From Stegostoma tigrinum (lineage: Eukaryota), in contig NC_081359.1 in the NCBI RefSeq assembly GCF_030684315.1, positions 95,822,838 through 95,886,837 on the forward strand: DNA of 64,000 bases. The letters run 5' to 3'. The translations under genes were made by a program, and so were the position numbers. Of the stretch, positions 51,696-64,000 are shown in pieces (position 1 is the stretch's first letter; each line of letters opens with the position of its first letter). The notes under the pieces were generated by a model. That model searched no databases. It was not told where the DNA came from and saw nothing but the letters and a program-made list of their open reading frames with translations.

Positions 51696-52328
51696 AACCA
51701 GTGAAATGCAGTCGACGCTAAACTACCCCATGAAATACCCGAGCTATCCATTCAGTTCAAGGGCATTCAGAGATGAGCACTGAATGCACAAGCTGCCAGC
51801 AATATCTCAATCCCATGAATGAGTACAAGAAAATATTCCAGCCTTAACACTGTCTGCTACAACCCTCATCATTATTCAGACCATTCTTCAGAAAGATGTA
51901 CAATACTTTGAATTATTAGTACCATATGATAAAACTGCCACTCTTAAAACAAAATTAAAATAAGTTAAGGGCAGGTAACCCTAATTGCTCCCAATGGTAC
52001 TGTCTTCCTCTGCATTTTTTTTTCCTATTACTGCAGCCCTGACTTTCAACACCTCTCTCCTCATCACAAAGTGAAATGTGGAAGTTGTTAATGGGTCTCC
52101 CCAGAGATCAGTCTATACTTGAAAATCAGATAGGCCAGTGTATAATTTGTAAAGGATCCTGCCTGAGCTCCCTCCATTTTTTTCTTGTAAGGAAAATCAC
52201 TTTTATCCAACTGGCATTTCAATATATTACTGTGCCTCAGCAATCTTGAGCTACCTGGTTGCCATGTTCATATACCCATTTGTCCCCACTTAAGGGAATA
52301 GTGGGGAATCATCAAACTGATCGTCAAT

Positions 52329-53078
52329 GTGTGGCTTCCTCTACATTGGGGAAACCAAGCGGAGGCTTGGAGACCGCTTTGCAGAACACCTCCGCTCAGT
52401 TCGCAATAAACAACTGCACCTCCCAGTCGCAAACCATTTCCACTCCCCCTCCCATTCTCTTGATGACATGTCCATCATGGGCCTCCTGCACTGCCACAAT
52501 GACGCCACCCGAAGGTTGCAGGAACAGCAACTCATATTCCGCCTGGGAACCCTGCAGTCTAATGGTATCAATGTGGACTTCACCAGTTTCAAAATCTCCC
52601 CTTCCCCTACTGCATCCCTAAACCAGCCCAGTTCGTCCCCTCCCCCCACTGCACCACACAACCAGCCCAGCTCTTCCCCCCCACCCACTGCATCCCAAAA
52701 CCAGTCCAACCTGTCTCTGCCTCCCTAACCGGTTCTTCCTCTCACCCATCCCTTCCTCCCACCCCAAGCCGCACCCCCATCTACCTACTAACCTCATCCC
52801 ACCTCCTTGACCTGTCCGTCTTCCCTGGACTGACCTATCCCCTCCCTACCTCCCCACCTGTACTCTCTCCACCTATCTTCCTGACTCTCCATCTTCGGTC
52901 CGCCTCCCCCTCTCTCCCTATTTATTCCAGTTCCCTCTCCCCTCCCCCTCTCTGATGAAGGGTCTAGGCCCGAAACGTCAGCTTTTGTGCTCCTGAGATG
53001 CTGCTTGGCCTGCTGTGTTCATCCAGCCTCACATTTTATTATCTTGGAATTCTCCAGCATCTGCAGTTCCCATTATCT
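52329..53078 (+). mobile_element. young 5'-truncated Penelope-like element: GIY-YIG endonuclease C-terminus plus HHR-bearing 3' terminus
   Basis: Open frame LYIGETKRRLGDRFAEH...VANHF...H...RRLQEQQLIFRLGTLQSNGINVDF; TSD ctgatYgtcaat at 52317-52328 / 53079-53090. Confidence 0.92.
52952..52979 (+). ncRNA. minimal hammerhead ribozyme motif (intact core)
   Basis: CUGAUGA-A-GGG(UCUAGG)CCC-GAAAC-GUC. Confidence 0.72.
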
Positions 53079-54271
53079 CTGATTGTCAATCTGTTTGAAC
53101 CCGTCATGGATACTCCTTTAACTAACATAGAAAATTCAAGAGAAAATCTGCATGCCAGGCAGATCTGTGGGGAGAGAGAGATAGAGAGAGCTCATGATTT
53201 GAGTCTTGTATGACTCTTCTTCAGACCTAATCTGCCTGCTGAGTTTCTCCAGCAGTCTCTGTGTTTTCTTCAGATTTCTAGCATCCACAGTATTTTGCTT
53301 TTATTTGAATGGATAGTCCTTCTCTGGGCATTGGCCTGGAGGGAGATTTGAACCTGGATCTTGTCGTCCAAAGGTAAGAAGATTATTTACTGGGGTACAA
53401 AACCTCATAGAATAAGCATACTGAGATATTTAGGGTCTTCTGAACATAGTTCTGAGAGCCTGAACTCCAAGTAGAGCACTGTAACTACAATAAAAGTGAG
53501 CCAGACCATAGGCTACAGTTTGCAGAAATGTTGCTGAGACATGCTCTGACTGAATGCAGCTGCTTTCCGAGTGTAAGATTCCTGAATTATTTTTGTTCTG
53601 TACAAATACATTCAAACATGATAAGCAATTTTAAAATAATAAATATAGATAATCCATCTTTAATACAAGTGACACACAAACTTAACTAAAACCCTATATC
53701 TTGTAGTTTGCCTGTTAATCTAATAAGTAGTTCAGGAAATGTCCTAACATGCCTCAAATGGCAGTGTGTTTATGATCACTATTACTTTGAATCCTACCCT
53801 GCTATATAGAAGCAATTCCCAGATACACATAATGCTATTTCTATCAAATGCTTGCATAGCATAAATGGAACTCAGAAACTTTTGTGTGCTTATTGTTGGA
53901 ACTACACTGCAGCTTTTGTTTGCTTTGATTCAGAAGGTGAGCACAGACCAGTAATGTTAAATCCACATTGCTGTCCTGGATTTAGGACAACTATTGGCAG
54001 CTGTGCCAGAATGTCAAGCCGACAGTGATTGTGTTCAGTGGCAGTTCTCTTTCATGGATCCAGGAGAAATTAGCAACTGTATGTGAAATCTCGGACCATT
54101 GTGCCAAGAAATGTTAATATCAATCAATGATCAGACTTAGCTTTAAGTGACCAAAATCTCCACCACATTTCAATCACTGGATGTTCTCTGCAGAATCTCA
54201 TACTTGCTTTGTTACTGCTCAGTGTGTTGACATTTGAATTTCATGAGCTATTTCATGATATTGCTGAAAGG

Positions 54272-54470
54272 AGAGATATGTTGCTGAAACTTTTTGTCTT
54301 ACACTCTCTTCAAAACATATAGAAGTGCCAATTAATCAGTACCATTTCATCCTGTAGTGTAAATTGTTATAATTGTTTGAAATTTAGTATTCTTGTCTTT
54401 GTCTTGATGAGTGTAAGACTAAATGCTTTGACAACTTGTCCGTCCTTTCCAGCACTGTTCAAGTACTGTA
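54272..54470. mobile_element. ancient hairpin element (family of 44238)
   Basis: gtcttacactc ... gagtgtaagac inverted arms; cttgatga-gtgtaagac-taaa decayed HHR-like core. Confidence 0.45.
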
Positions 54471-55470
54471 TTACATAGTGCACAGTTTACTATATTAAAG
54501 ACTATGTATAAATGCAAGTTGTTGAGAAAAAAAGAATTCTATGTTTAGAAAGTAAACTTTGTCTAACATCCTTATCAGGATAAAGCCAATTTAATTATCA
54601 ATGTATATATCATCCAAACAAATTATTTTAAATGGAAATTACTGAACCATGTGTAATATTCCAAAGTTGCATCGTAGAATTAATCCTTTGGCATCCCTCA
54701 GACAAAATTTCGTTGCAGTTTAAAAAAAAGTGAACAGTTAAGTTTCAATTTGTACTAAAGGATAAAAATTATCTTTTGGAAACAGAACAAAATTTTTTTT
54801 TCTGTGTTTAGTGACTTAAAGCGTATTTCCATACCTAAAATGATTGGTAGCTTTAGTCATGGCAACAGTGTAGAATACTGTTTACCCAGATGAATCAACA
54901 TCATAAAACAAATGCCTATGAGTTCTGGTATATATTTAATGATGTTTTCAGTTTGCATTTTAAAAACAATACTTTCAAGTTGTCTGATGGGGCACTGAGT
55001 TAACCCAAATATCAGCTAAGTAGCACTGACCAAGGACATCCCAGGTTCAATCCCACTTTAACATTGAGTTTGTCATCTGTTAGTGCCATCAGCTTAGGTT
55101 GTTCTATGGTGCCCCATCTTATGAACACTCAGAGTTATAAATGAGACCCCATATTACTTTTAATTTTAAGGTTCCAATGTGTAATAGTTTGCTCATAATT
55201 ACAAACTGACATTTTATAGTACACGGTATTATGCTCCAACTTGCACTCAAATTAACTTATGAACGTTCTCAGGAATGCCATTCTTAACCTGAAGACCTCC
55301 TTTCTGTGAATTCTGCTATTGGAAGGCCTCTGTATGGACATCTGATAAGGAGGGGACTGATTGGTTGAGTGGCAATAAAACCTGAGATTGAGGAATCTGT
55401 CATCAACACTTTGTTGCCCTGGGTAAGGGCTGGGAGTGAAATTGATGCCAATGAAACTCTGGGAAGAAAT

Positions 55471-56078
55471 TGTGACAATGCTGTCACTTTAACAGTTTAT
55501 TTTGTTCTGGTTATTTTTTGAAGAGAGGTTGTAAGGCGGAACCAACAAGCTGGTTCCTGTATACTGCTTTAGTAAACAGCTTGGGAGGGCTTGGGTTCAT
55601 AGGTGTGGCCAGCTCTCACAGATCCTGATTTCTGAGTTTGGTTATTTCAGTAACATTATAAGCTACTGGGATCACAGCAGAGTTGGAAGCTTCCGTGAAT
55701 TTTTCCTAGCTACTACTTTCTTTGAATTTTCTCTTTATGTTTCTTTTTTCCCTCCTTGATTGGAAAACTGCATGTGAGAATCTCTCCTGAATGGTCTTTT
55801 ATTGCTAAGGGCTGTGTTTATAGGTGGTTACTATACTTACCGTATGTATTCTTCTGTTACGTTTTCTATTAGAGTTGTTATTTGAAATTCCTCTTTCTTT
55901 TTGATGTATTTTTTAACTGTTGTATTTAAATAAATTGTGTTTTTGTTAATGTTGAGTAGTCTTGACCAGTCGCATTGCATCTGGACAAACACTTTCCATT
56001 TGCATTGAGAAAAGGAAAAGTTAGGGTCTAAGCTACCCTCTTAAAATACTTTGAGGGTATCTGATCGAGTCAACAACA
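55471..56078 (+). mobile_element. probable solo LTR
   Basis: TGTGA...CAACA termini, near-TSD gaaat / gcaat, AATAAA at 55929. Confidence 0.5.
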
Positions 56079-56381
56079 GCAATCAACACTATTTTCCATG
56101 AAGAGAGGGGAGAAAACTGGCAAAATAATTGAGACTTTGTTGTTAAAAATGTATTTTTCATCTTTGTTAATAATTCTGAATTTGACAGTGAAAGATCCAA
56201 ATGTTTTGATTTATCTCTACTCTTTATCTACTGAACTGCAATTAAATTGTTTTGTGGCTCAGTGTCAAATATTGTCTGATGACTTCAACACATGAAGGAA
56301 CTTGGTGCATTTTGTTATGTTAAAAGTGTCATTAAATGCAGGTGGTTGTGGTTGATATTACCCTCTGTTCTTTCTCTTCAG

Positions 56382-56593
56382 GTGTAACCACAGTGCTGAC
56401 AATGACAACATTGAGCATTAGTGCACGGAATTCTCTGCCAAAAGTAGCTTACGCCACTGCGATGGACTGGTTCATCGCTGTGTGTTACGCATTTGTCTTT
56501 TCTGCTCTGATTGAATTTGCAACAGTAAATTACTTCACCAAACGAAGCTGGGCATGGGATGGGAAAAAAGCATATGAAGCTTTTCAATCTAAG
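56382..56593 (+). CDS. GABRA5: GABA-A receptor alpha subunit exon, TM2-TM3 and start of intracellular loop
   Basis: tttctcttcag|GTGTAACC...TCTAAG|gtaaga; 212 bp, in frame with the previous exon. [70 protein letters not shown]; WDGKKAxEA is alpha5-like. Confidence 0.93.
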
Positions 56594-56894
56594 GTAAGAA
56601 TTTTCAATCTGTTACTTACACAGTACTTGAAGATCACACACAGGCTAGGGTCTGGAGGATTAGTATTGAGCAAGAGAATGGGCTTCAGGCAGGACAGGGA
56701 GAGATTGCCCAGTCTTGGTACACGAGCAATCAAAACAATAAGGATGTTATGGTTAAGGCAGTAAACTTCCTATGGTACAGATAAAGGCCATTCAGCCTAC
56801 TGATCTTCCAAAGATCCTCACATGCAGACCCACCACATCCCCATAACCGCCGCATTCACCACAGTCTATCAACTTAGCCAGCACATCCATGGAC

Positions 56895-57092
56895 ACAAGG
56901 GCAATTTAGCATGGCCAATATACCTAACTTGCACATCTTTGGGCTATGGGAGGAAATGGACCACCTGGAGGTAACACATGTTGACACAGAGAGAACATGC
57001 AAACTCCACACAGACAGTCACCTGAGAGTGGAATCAAACCTGGGTCCCCAGTGCTACGAGGCAGCAGTGTTAACCCAAGAGCCACCATGTCA
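56895..57092 (-). mobile_element. HE1/V-SINE-like SINE
   Basis: Reverse complement of 58355-58550. Confidence 0.8.
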
Positions 57093-58226
57093 CCCTATTG
57101 ATGAGAGAACTGCAAATTCAGAAAGAGAGATATAGCAAATTAAGGTGAGTTTTGTTTTGTTCTCAGCTTATCCACAGCTTGCAGGTTGGCTGCAAACATT
57201 GGGCTTAGATTGCCTTGTGCATCGTGAGTGTGGAGCCACCTCATTACCTGGGTCTGCAAATCTGAGCCAGGAAAGGTGGCCAAGAGGTTGAATTTGCATT
57301 TTGGATGATGGGCTATACTGAGAAGAAGGATGTGTGACCCCAGATGAGAACAAAAGCTGTTGGTGGGGTTGTGTGGAAGAGCTTGAGATGAGGTTTCATA
57401 AAAACATAACTACATCCATTAAAACTTTCTTCCTCACACCTCCACCCTCCTACACACTCCCCATGGTGTATCCATGCCAACCCATAGCCCCACATGCTCC
57501 ATGCTGCACTCCAATGTGTTTTTCTCGGGTCCTATGACAATTTAGTGCCAAGTCATGCCAACACATGACCACCATCATTTTCCCTTCTATCTATCATGAC
57601 AGCCTATGAAATTCTATGGGCACACCTCAGTAACCCAGGCAGAGGTGAGTCAAAATGAAGCTCTATGTGTCTATTGCAGACTTCACTATATTGAAAAGCA
57701 TCATTCATAAAACTTACACTTACATTCCTTTAACTAAATAAACCCTACCAACAGGAATATATTAATTCATGCACACAGTTGTTCAAAGTAAGCATTAGAA
57801 TTCCCAATCTTACACTGAAAGGTCTATAATCATTTATTGCTGCTCATAACACTAAAATATTGCAGGCATCCGACTGTGATAGTGAATGGTTGTGAAATTA
57901 GTCATGCATCAATAATTCATTCATGAAAACACTCAGACTAATATCAATAAACACCAATGAGCAACAGTGAACAATCTATTTTAATTGAATCTTTAAAAGC
58001 AATTTTCAGTATGTCATTGAGATAACGTACTCAATTATTTCTTAAAATAGCAGTGACGTTCTCCATTATGGCAAAAATCAAGGCTTTAAGTGGTGAAAGT
58101 ATGACAGCATCTGAGAAAGAAGTGCACTTTTTTTTCCTCTGACAGTTTTTATGCTGAACCAATAAAAAAAGATAAACCTATTGACAAAACAATTATCTAC
58201 TTCAGGAAAAAAGTTGCCTGATATGT

Positions 58227-58324
58227 GGGGTAACAAGGTGTAGAGCTGGATGGACTCAGCAGGCCAAGCAGCATCAGAGCAGCAGGAAAGCTGACGTTTT
58301 GGATCTAGACCCTTCTTCAGAAAA
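58227..58324 (-). mobile_element. PLE terminal fragment with decayed HHR
   Basis: Perfect 12-bp TSD tgcctgatatgt at 58215-58226 / 58325-58336. Confidence 0.8.
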
Positions 58325-58354
58325 TGCCTGATATGTACTGTCTTTACTCATTTT

Positions 58355-58675
58355 AGGGCAGCACAGTGGCTCAGTAGTTAACATTGCTGCCTCACAGTGC
58401 CAGGGAACTGGGTTCATTTCCACCCTTGGGTGACTGTCTGTGTGGAGTTTGCACATTCTCCCTGTGTCTGCGTCAGTTTCCTCCGGGTGCTCTGGTTTCC
58501 TCCCACAGTCCAAAGATGTGCAGGCAAAGTGGATTGGCCGTACTAAATTACACATAGTGTTCAGGGATGTGTCGATTCAGTGGGTGATAGGGGCATGGGT
58601 CTAGATGGGATGCTCTGAGAGTTGGTGTGGACTTGTTGGGCAATGGGCCTGTTTCCACTCTGTAGGGATTCTATG
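58355..58675 (+). mobile_element. full-length HE1/V-SINE-like tRNA-derived SINE
   Basis: A-box agtggctcagtagtt, B-box gggttcatttcc, central core, gggattctatga tail. Confidence 0.85.
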
Positions 58676-59169
58676 ATGATGACATCCCAAAAGTTCTTCA
58701 CAGCCAATAGAGTACTTTTTAAATGAATTCACCATTGTAACGTAGGCAAATACAACAGCTAATTGCACACGACAAGGATTACAAACTAAATGGGATAAAT
58801 GAACAATGAATATGTTTTCATAATGTTAGTTCAAGGATAACTGTGCAATTTATCCCTCAAGACATTCATATCAATGTTGTAATAGAGATTTTGCACAGTG
58901 CTTTGTACAGTGAGGGCTATTAATTTATGATTACCACCAACTGAGGTTCATTTCAAATGTAGCAAGAGTTTGGAAGAAATATAATTTGCCCCAGCATGGA
59001 ATTCTCACTTCTTGTTGAGTAAAATATCTCAGCTGTTAAGTGAAGTTCTGATGCTTTCAGTTATCGCTGCAATTTGTTGCTTACTCTTGCAAAAAAAAAG
59101 ACAAGCTAATGTTATTGCTTCGTCATTTGGAGAATGCAATTCTTTCTCAGTTTTTAAATCATGAAGAAC

Positions 59170-59660
59170 TCATAAATCACAAAAAAATGGTGCACATGTT
59201 CTGTGGATGATACAGAAGGCAAATAGAAAGTTAGTCTTTATTTGAAACAGAATGGCATATAAAAATAGGGAGGACTTGCTAAAACTATACGAGACACCAG
59301 TTAGGCTACACCTAGAAGACTGAATTTTTTTGATCCCCTTATGGAAGGAAAGATAAACTGGCATTGGATACAATCCAGTCAAGGTTCACTAGGTTGACCC
59401 TGGCTATGGACATTTTTAATATAAAGGAAGATTGATTAGGCTGTGTTGTATTTCTTGGAGTTTAAAAGAATGAAGAATTGAAACATATGAGATTGCTAGG
59501 GGTTTTGACAGAATAGATGCAGAAAGATTGTTTCCCCTCTTGGAAGTGTATAAGGGTTCAATCTCAGAGTAAGGGGTTGCCCAATTAAGACATGAGGTGA
59601 GGAGGAATTTCTTCCCTGGAAGGAGTTTACCAAGGAGCACTGTACAGACTAGTTTGTTAA
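59170..59660 (+). mobile_element. old CR1 3' fragment
   Basis: QKANRKL, VRLHLED and RRNFF remnants. Confidence 0.65.
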
Positions 59661-60239
59661 GTGTATGGACTACTGCATGCTCCTGTGGTTCTAACCTGTC
59701 TGTGAAATGGAAGGTAACTTGCTGAATGACTCTTGAGTGGCTTCAGCAGAAACAGCTATGTATTGCATGTATATAGGCATTAGGAAGGAGATGGCCACAT
59801 ATGTTCATACTAAATTGGATCAGAATACCTCTCTACAGAAAACTGTAACTTAAAAATATCATGTAGGGCAAAAAAAAATTGTTTCAGTGCCATTTCCAAC
59901 ACTTGTGGAAAATGCAATTATAAATTTGAGTTACTGATAGCAACAAAGTCAATTTGAAGATAATGTAGCTGCTAGATTTAATTAAACATATCACATCCCT
60001 CTTGTGGTTGCATTTAACTACTATAGATTTATTGCATGATCAGCTAAAGTACCTCTTTTATACATAAAACTTGTTCAGTATAAATGAGGGAGGCATTCGC
60101 TTAATCTTCCTGATGACGAAGCAGACAAAAGTTCAAAACAAAATAATTTTTTAAAGAGAGGAAACAGCCATCAGTAAACCAATCAATAAGCCAAATTTTA
60201 TAAGGAGTTCATTCTATTTTCTGATCCGCATTTGTGCCT

Positions 60240-61010
60240 CCCAAATGCTAGACCCTGATCATCTCCAGAGAGAGAGAACCGAACTAGCATCTCTTGACAT
60301 TCAGTCGCATTATCGCCATCTAACCACACATCATCAACATCCTGGGGGTTACCATTCACTAGAAATTGAAATGGGTCTGCTTACAATACTTATATTACAA
60401 GAGCAGGTCAGAGGCCAGAAACTCTGTGGAAACTAACTCACGTCTTGTATCTCCAGCGCTTGTCCACCCCTTACAAGGAACAAACCAGGAGTCTGATGGA
60501 ATGCTGTCCATTTGCCTGGAGGTGTGCAGCTTCAACAACAGTGAAGAAGCTCAATAACATCCATGACCAAGCAGGCCACATCACTGGAACCACACTTATC
60601 CAAATTCATACCCTTCCATACTGAGGCACAGAAGCAGCAGTATGTATTACCTACGAGATTGATGTGTATTATTAATCACTGCAGTGATTGACCAAGCCTC
60701 TTTCAATAGCTCCTTCCAAACCCCAACTTCTACAGTCTCTTAGGGCAGAAGCAGCATGTGCATGGGAACATCACTACCTGCAAGTTCCCTTCAAGTTGTA
60801 TACCATCCTGACTTGGAACTATTTGCTGTTCCTTTACAGTCACTGGTTCAGAAGCTCTTAAATCCCTCCCAATTAACACTGCGTGTCCCACACACTCCAA
60901 GAACTGCAGGTGTTCAAGAAGGCAGCGTACCATTACCTTTTCCAATGTGATTAAGAATGGACAATAAATGCCATCCTAGCTAGTGATGCCTACATCTCGT
61001 GAACATTTTT
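60240..61010 (+). mobile_element. LINE 3' end (family of 15575-16555)
   Basis: caacatcctgggggttaccatt, ccatcctgacttggaactat and caataaatgcc tail. Confidence 0.7.
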
Positions 61011-62289
61011 TTTAAATAAAAGAAAGCCTTCAGTTTCTCCGCACTTGTGAAAGAATCTAATTTAGCGTCTGTTTAAGTGACATTTCTTTCTAATTCTAAT
61101 GCATAACTTCTATACACTTTAAACTAAAAACTGAACTTGCCTTCTTGTTCCCAACAATTTAAATTTACTTTAAATTTCCTTTCACAAGACCAGATTTTTT
61201 TTTGATCTGTCTTTCATTCCAGTCAGATTTGGCTAACTCTCAGTTATATTTCAGGTTTAATGTCACAGACTCATACGGCATAGAAACAAGCTCTTCAGCC
61301 CACCATGCCTATGCTGACCAACAACTGCTAACCTGCACTAATTCAATTTACTGCACTTTTAGAGTCAGAGAGAGTTTCTGTGATGCTGCCCATTAAAAGA
61401 AGCAGTAGTAATGAGTGGCCTGTTAGAGGTTAGGAACTTTAAATTGATGTCTCCAATGTTATTGTACAACCTCTGATGCACACATCAAATTGATCGCTTT
61501 GCTCTTTTAACAGGGTCATTAATCTGTTTAGAGCAACCAACTCAGATTATAGTCCTGCAGAAATATATGAGAGAGCACGCGTGTTAAGCAGTCGTATCCG
61601 AAAATTGCCAACAGTCATTTTTACCCTTTGGTTTGGGCATCAACCTCAGTGGAATCAGTGCAGCAATTATTATGAAGCATTATTTCTTCAACAATGCATT
61701 TGAAATTACTTACAAATTTTAAGACCACTAATTTTGACAACCTAATGTTAGCTTAAAGTTTATTTACAGTTTCTGAGACCATTATATTTCCCTCCATTGT
61801 GCCACGTCGGTATATGGCAAAGATTGAGAGTTCTGCATTTGAATAAATTCAATCAGAGAATATAAAATGTGATCCTTTGGGCCATAAGGCAGTCAAAGAT
61901 GACAAGCCTTCAAGAAATTCTTCTTCTATTAATGTAACATGTGAAACACAGATATGATTAATTGTGAATAATTTATCACATTGCCAATTCTTGTTACGAA
62001 CATGTTGACTCATTGGAGAAGTTTTAAAATACTGCACACAGGGAGAAAGAGGTTTGTTCATTGTTGTTCCTTCTTGAATCATTGAATAAAGAATCTGAGA
62101 TAGACTTTGATCAGTGGGGCAATCAAGGCTTTTGGGGAAAGGATAGAAAAGTGGGCAAGACTGTTGGATCAGCCAAGATCCTACTGAATGACAGTGTATG
62201 TGAATAGCCTACTCTTCTTCCTATTTCTTATGGACTTAGAACAGCATATACAAGTAGTTATTTGATAGTACAGAGTGTGAATATTACTG

Positions 62290-62810
62290 AAACAAGACAG
62301 ATATTGCCAAAGCTTTTTATCTGGTATTCATCTGGGCTGTTTGCAAAAAATACCAATTTAGTAGGAAAACAATCTACATTTATTACATTAGAAGAGAATG
62401 TCAGGTTTTTTTTGGCAAGTGGACTCTGATTGGTAGATATGTTGCCATGAAAAAACCACTAGTTAGATAATGATGACAGTTAAATGCTAATTCTTGGTTA
62501 AATGTGATTTACGCAGGTTGACTCTGATTGGTCAAGGTATTGCCATGATTAATGAATGACAGCATAGCCATCACCTGTTTTGTAAAGTTGAACTGGACAC
62601 AATGTTTGTACAAACACAGAACTTGCTGCAAAAGCTCATCAGGTCTGGCAGCATCTGTGGAGAGAAATCAGATTTAATGTTTCACGCCCAGTGACCCTTC
62701 CTCAATGTTTATCCATATTCTTTCTGTCTGCAAAGTACTGCACACTGGTAATGCTGGCTAACAATTTTAAATTGGTTGTCAGCATAATTCTTAGCTCACT
62801 CAGGATCACT
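62290..62810. mobile_element. ancient hairpin-family element with nested PLE fragment (~62613-62702)
   Basis: Shares gcaa.aataccaattta with 44280; near-TSD caatgtttgtaca / caatgtttatcca around the insert. Confidence 0.45.
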
Positions 62811-63129
62811 TGGCATTACTGCATCACTTCTAAGATACCTTACCCATCCAGAGTAATCAGAGGTAGACTGGGTACTTTTCAAGACCAAAGCTGTTAGCCT
62901 TAGGTCCATCATGACTTTGGTGTGATGTACCAGTATCTATCACAAGCCTACCCTCACTGGGCAATATGCACATTGACATTCCTAATGCAATAAGATTGAC
63001 CCTATTAGCAACCTCATAATTAAGATCCAAGACATTTGTTCACTGTGCAAGCTTAATGTTAGAATAGCTTTCATCAAACCAACCTGTGGGATAATGGCTA
63101 ATCTGATTTGATCGTTTCTCACAGTACAC

Positions 63130-63545
63130 TGCACAGACTACCTCTCATTACCCTTCAGGTAAAATATCTGAGCAGCAGGCAAAGCTGGCTGTTTCGTGTT
63201 GTGATGTGCAATAGCAACACAAGGGGTGTTTGCCACCCAACAGATTCTGTATCACGACAAAAACACTTTGTGCCTCTCTCACATGTGAGTAAATGTGGTA
63301 TATGAATTCCAGTGCTGGTATGATCTCAGGTATAGGAGCCTCTCAGTCCAAAGACTGGTGGATCATATCAAACAGCATATCCCTTTAGCTGTTCACAATG
63401 AGCATGGTACTTATTGTATTCAACCAATCCATGCTGACAAAACTCAATGCAAGTGTCCAACATTAGGTGTGATTCGATGATTAGGCAATTTTTGCTGAGT
63501 TGTTCTTTGTGTGCTAAGAATGACCTTGGCAACTAAACATTGTCA
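63130..63545 (+). mobile_element. decayed Penelope-like ORF (linker plus GIY-YIG N-terminus), distinct family
   Basis: VYEFQCWYDLRY....QRLVDHIKQH resembles the PLE VVYxFxCxCxxxYVGxTxxRLxxRIxQH motif. Confidence 0.55.
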
Positions 63546-63547
63546 TT

Positions 63548-63838
63548 GACCTGGGTTCGAATCCTGCCACGGTAGATGGTGAAATTTGAATTCAATAAAT
63601 ATCTGGAATTAAGAGTCTATTGATGACCATGAATCCGTTGCTGATTGTCGGGAAAAATACATCTGGGCCACTAATGTCCTTTAGGAAAGGAAACTGCCAT
63701 CCTTACTTGGTCTGGCCTTCATGTGACTCCAGACCAACAGCAATGTGATTGACTCTTAATGTCCCTCTGGGCAATTAGGAATGGGCAATATATGCTGCCT
63801 GGCCAGCAATGCCCTCATCCTGTGAATGAATAAAAGAA
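63548..63838 (+). mobile_element. young SINE family B (5'-truncated)
   Basis: Intact B-box gggttcgaatcc; gaatgaataaa tail. Confidence 0.85.
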
Positions 63839-64000
63839 AAACAAATTTGCGCACCCTGGAATCTACATAGATTAATAGACAGTAAGAACATGAATGCACA
63901 CTGCATGACTATTTCAACTTAAAACATATTTCTGCCATTCTCTGATTCATTTCTCAGGACATTGTTTTGATGAATCCAAATTAACCTGCCACTTTAACTT

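Noticed and set aside
56471-56479. GABRA3 identity and its A-to-I I/M editing site
   Set aside because: The Ile codon is ATC, which editing cannot convert to Met, and YAYP, WTN, IMTAH and DGKKA fit alpha5 better.
61514-61703. Open frame after tttaacag as the terminal TM4 exon
   Set aside because: The translation has no SKID..SRI.FP / NLVYW motif and is out of phase with the preceding phase-0 donor.

Overview
Eukaryotic, AT-rich, repeat-dense vertebrate DNA. The repeat content (CR1 LINEs, HE1/V-SINE-like and Deu-type SINEs, abundant Penelope-like elements) points to a cartilaginous fish, probably a shark (inference). The window lies inside a + strand GABA-A receptor alpha subunit gene most like GABRA5. 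Three coding exons are present: 31852-31995 (144 bp, missed by the ORF track), 43240-43392 (153 bp) and 56382-56593 (212 bp). The upstream Cys-loop exon and the final TM4 exon were not found. The introns are mostly decayed retroelements. Four things stand out. (1) About 20 minimal hammerhead-ribozyme (HHR) motifs from at least four Penelope-like families occur here, many as TSD-flanked palindromes with an HHR on each strand; only four cores are intact. (2) A ~2.6 kb intronic CpG island carries a CCAAT x3 / GC-box / MYB / CDE-CHR promoter-like array. (3) Inside that island is a duplicated ~115-120 nt element whose two copies fold by hand into the same multi-stem structure. (4) There are unusual residues at the receptor's neurosteroid site (SQMSFW) and loop C (PSNTGEY). 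Repeat boundaries are by-eye estimates unless a TSD is given. No database searches or folding programs were run.
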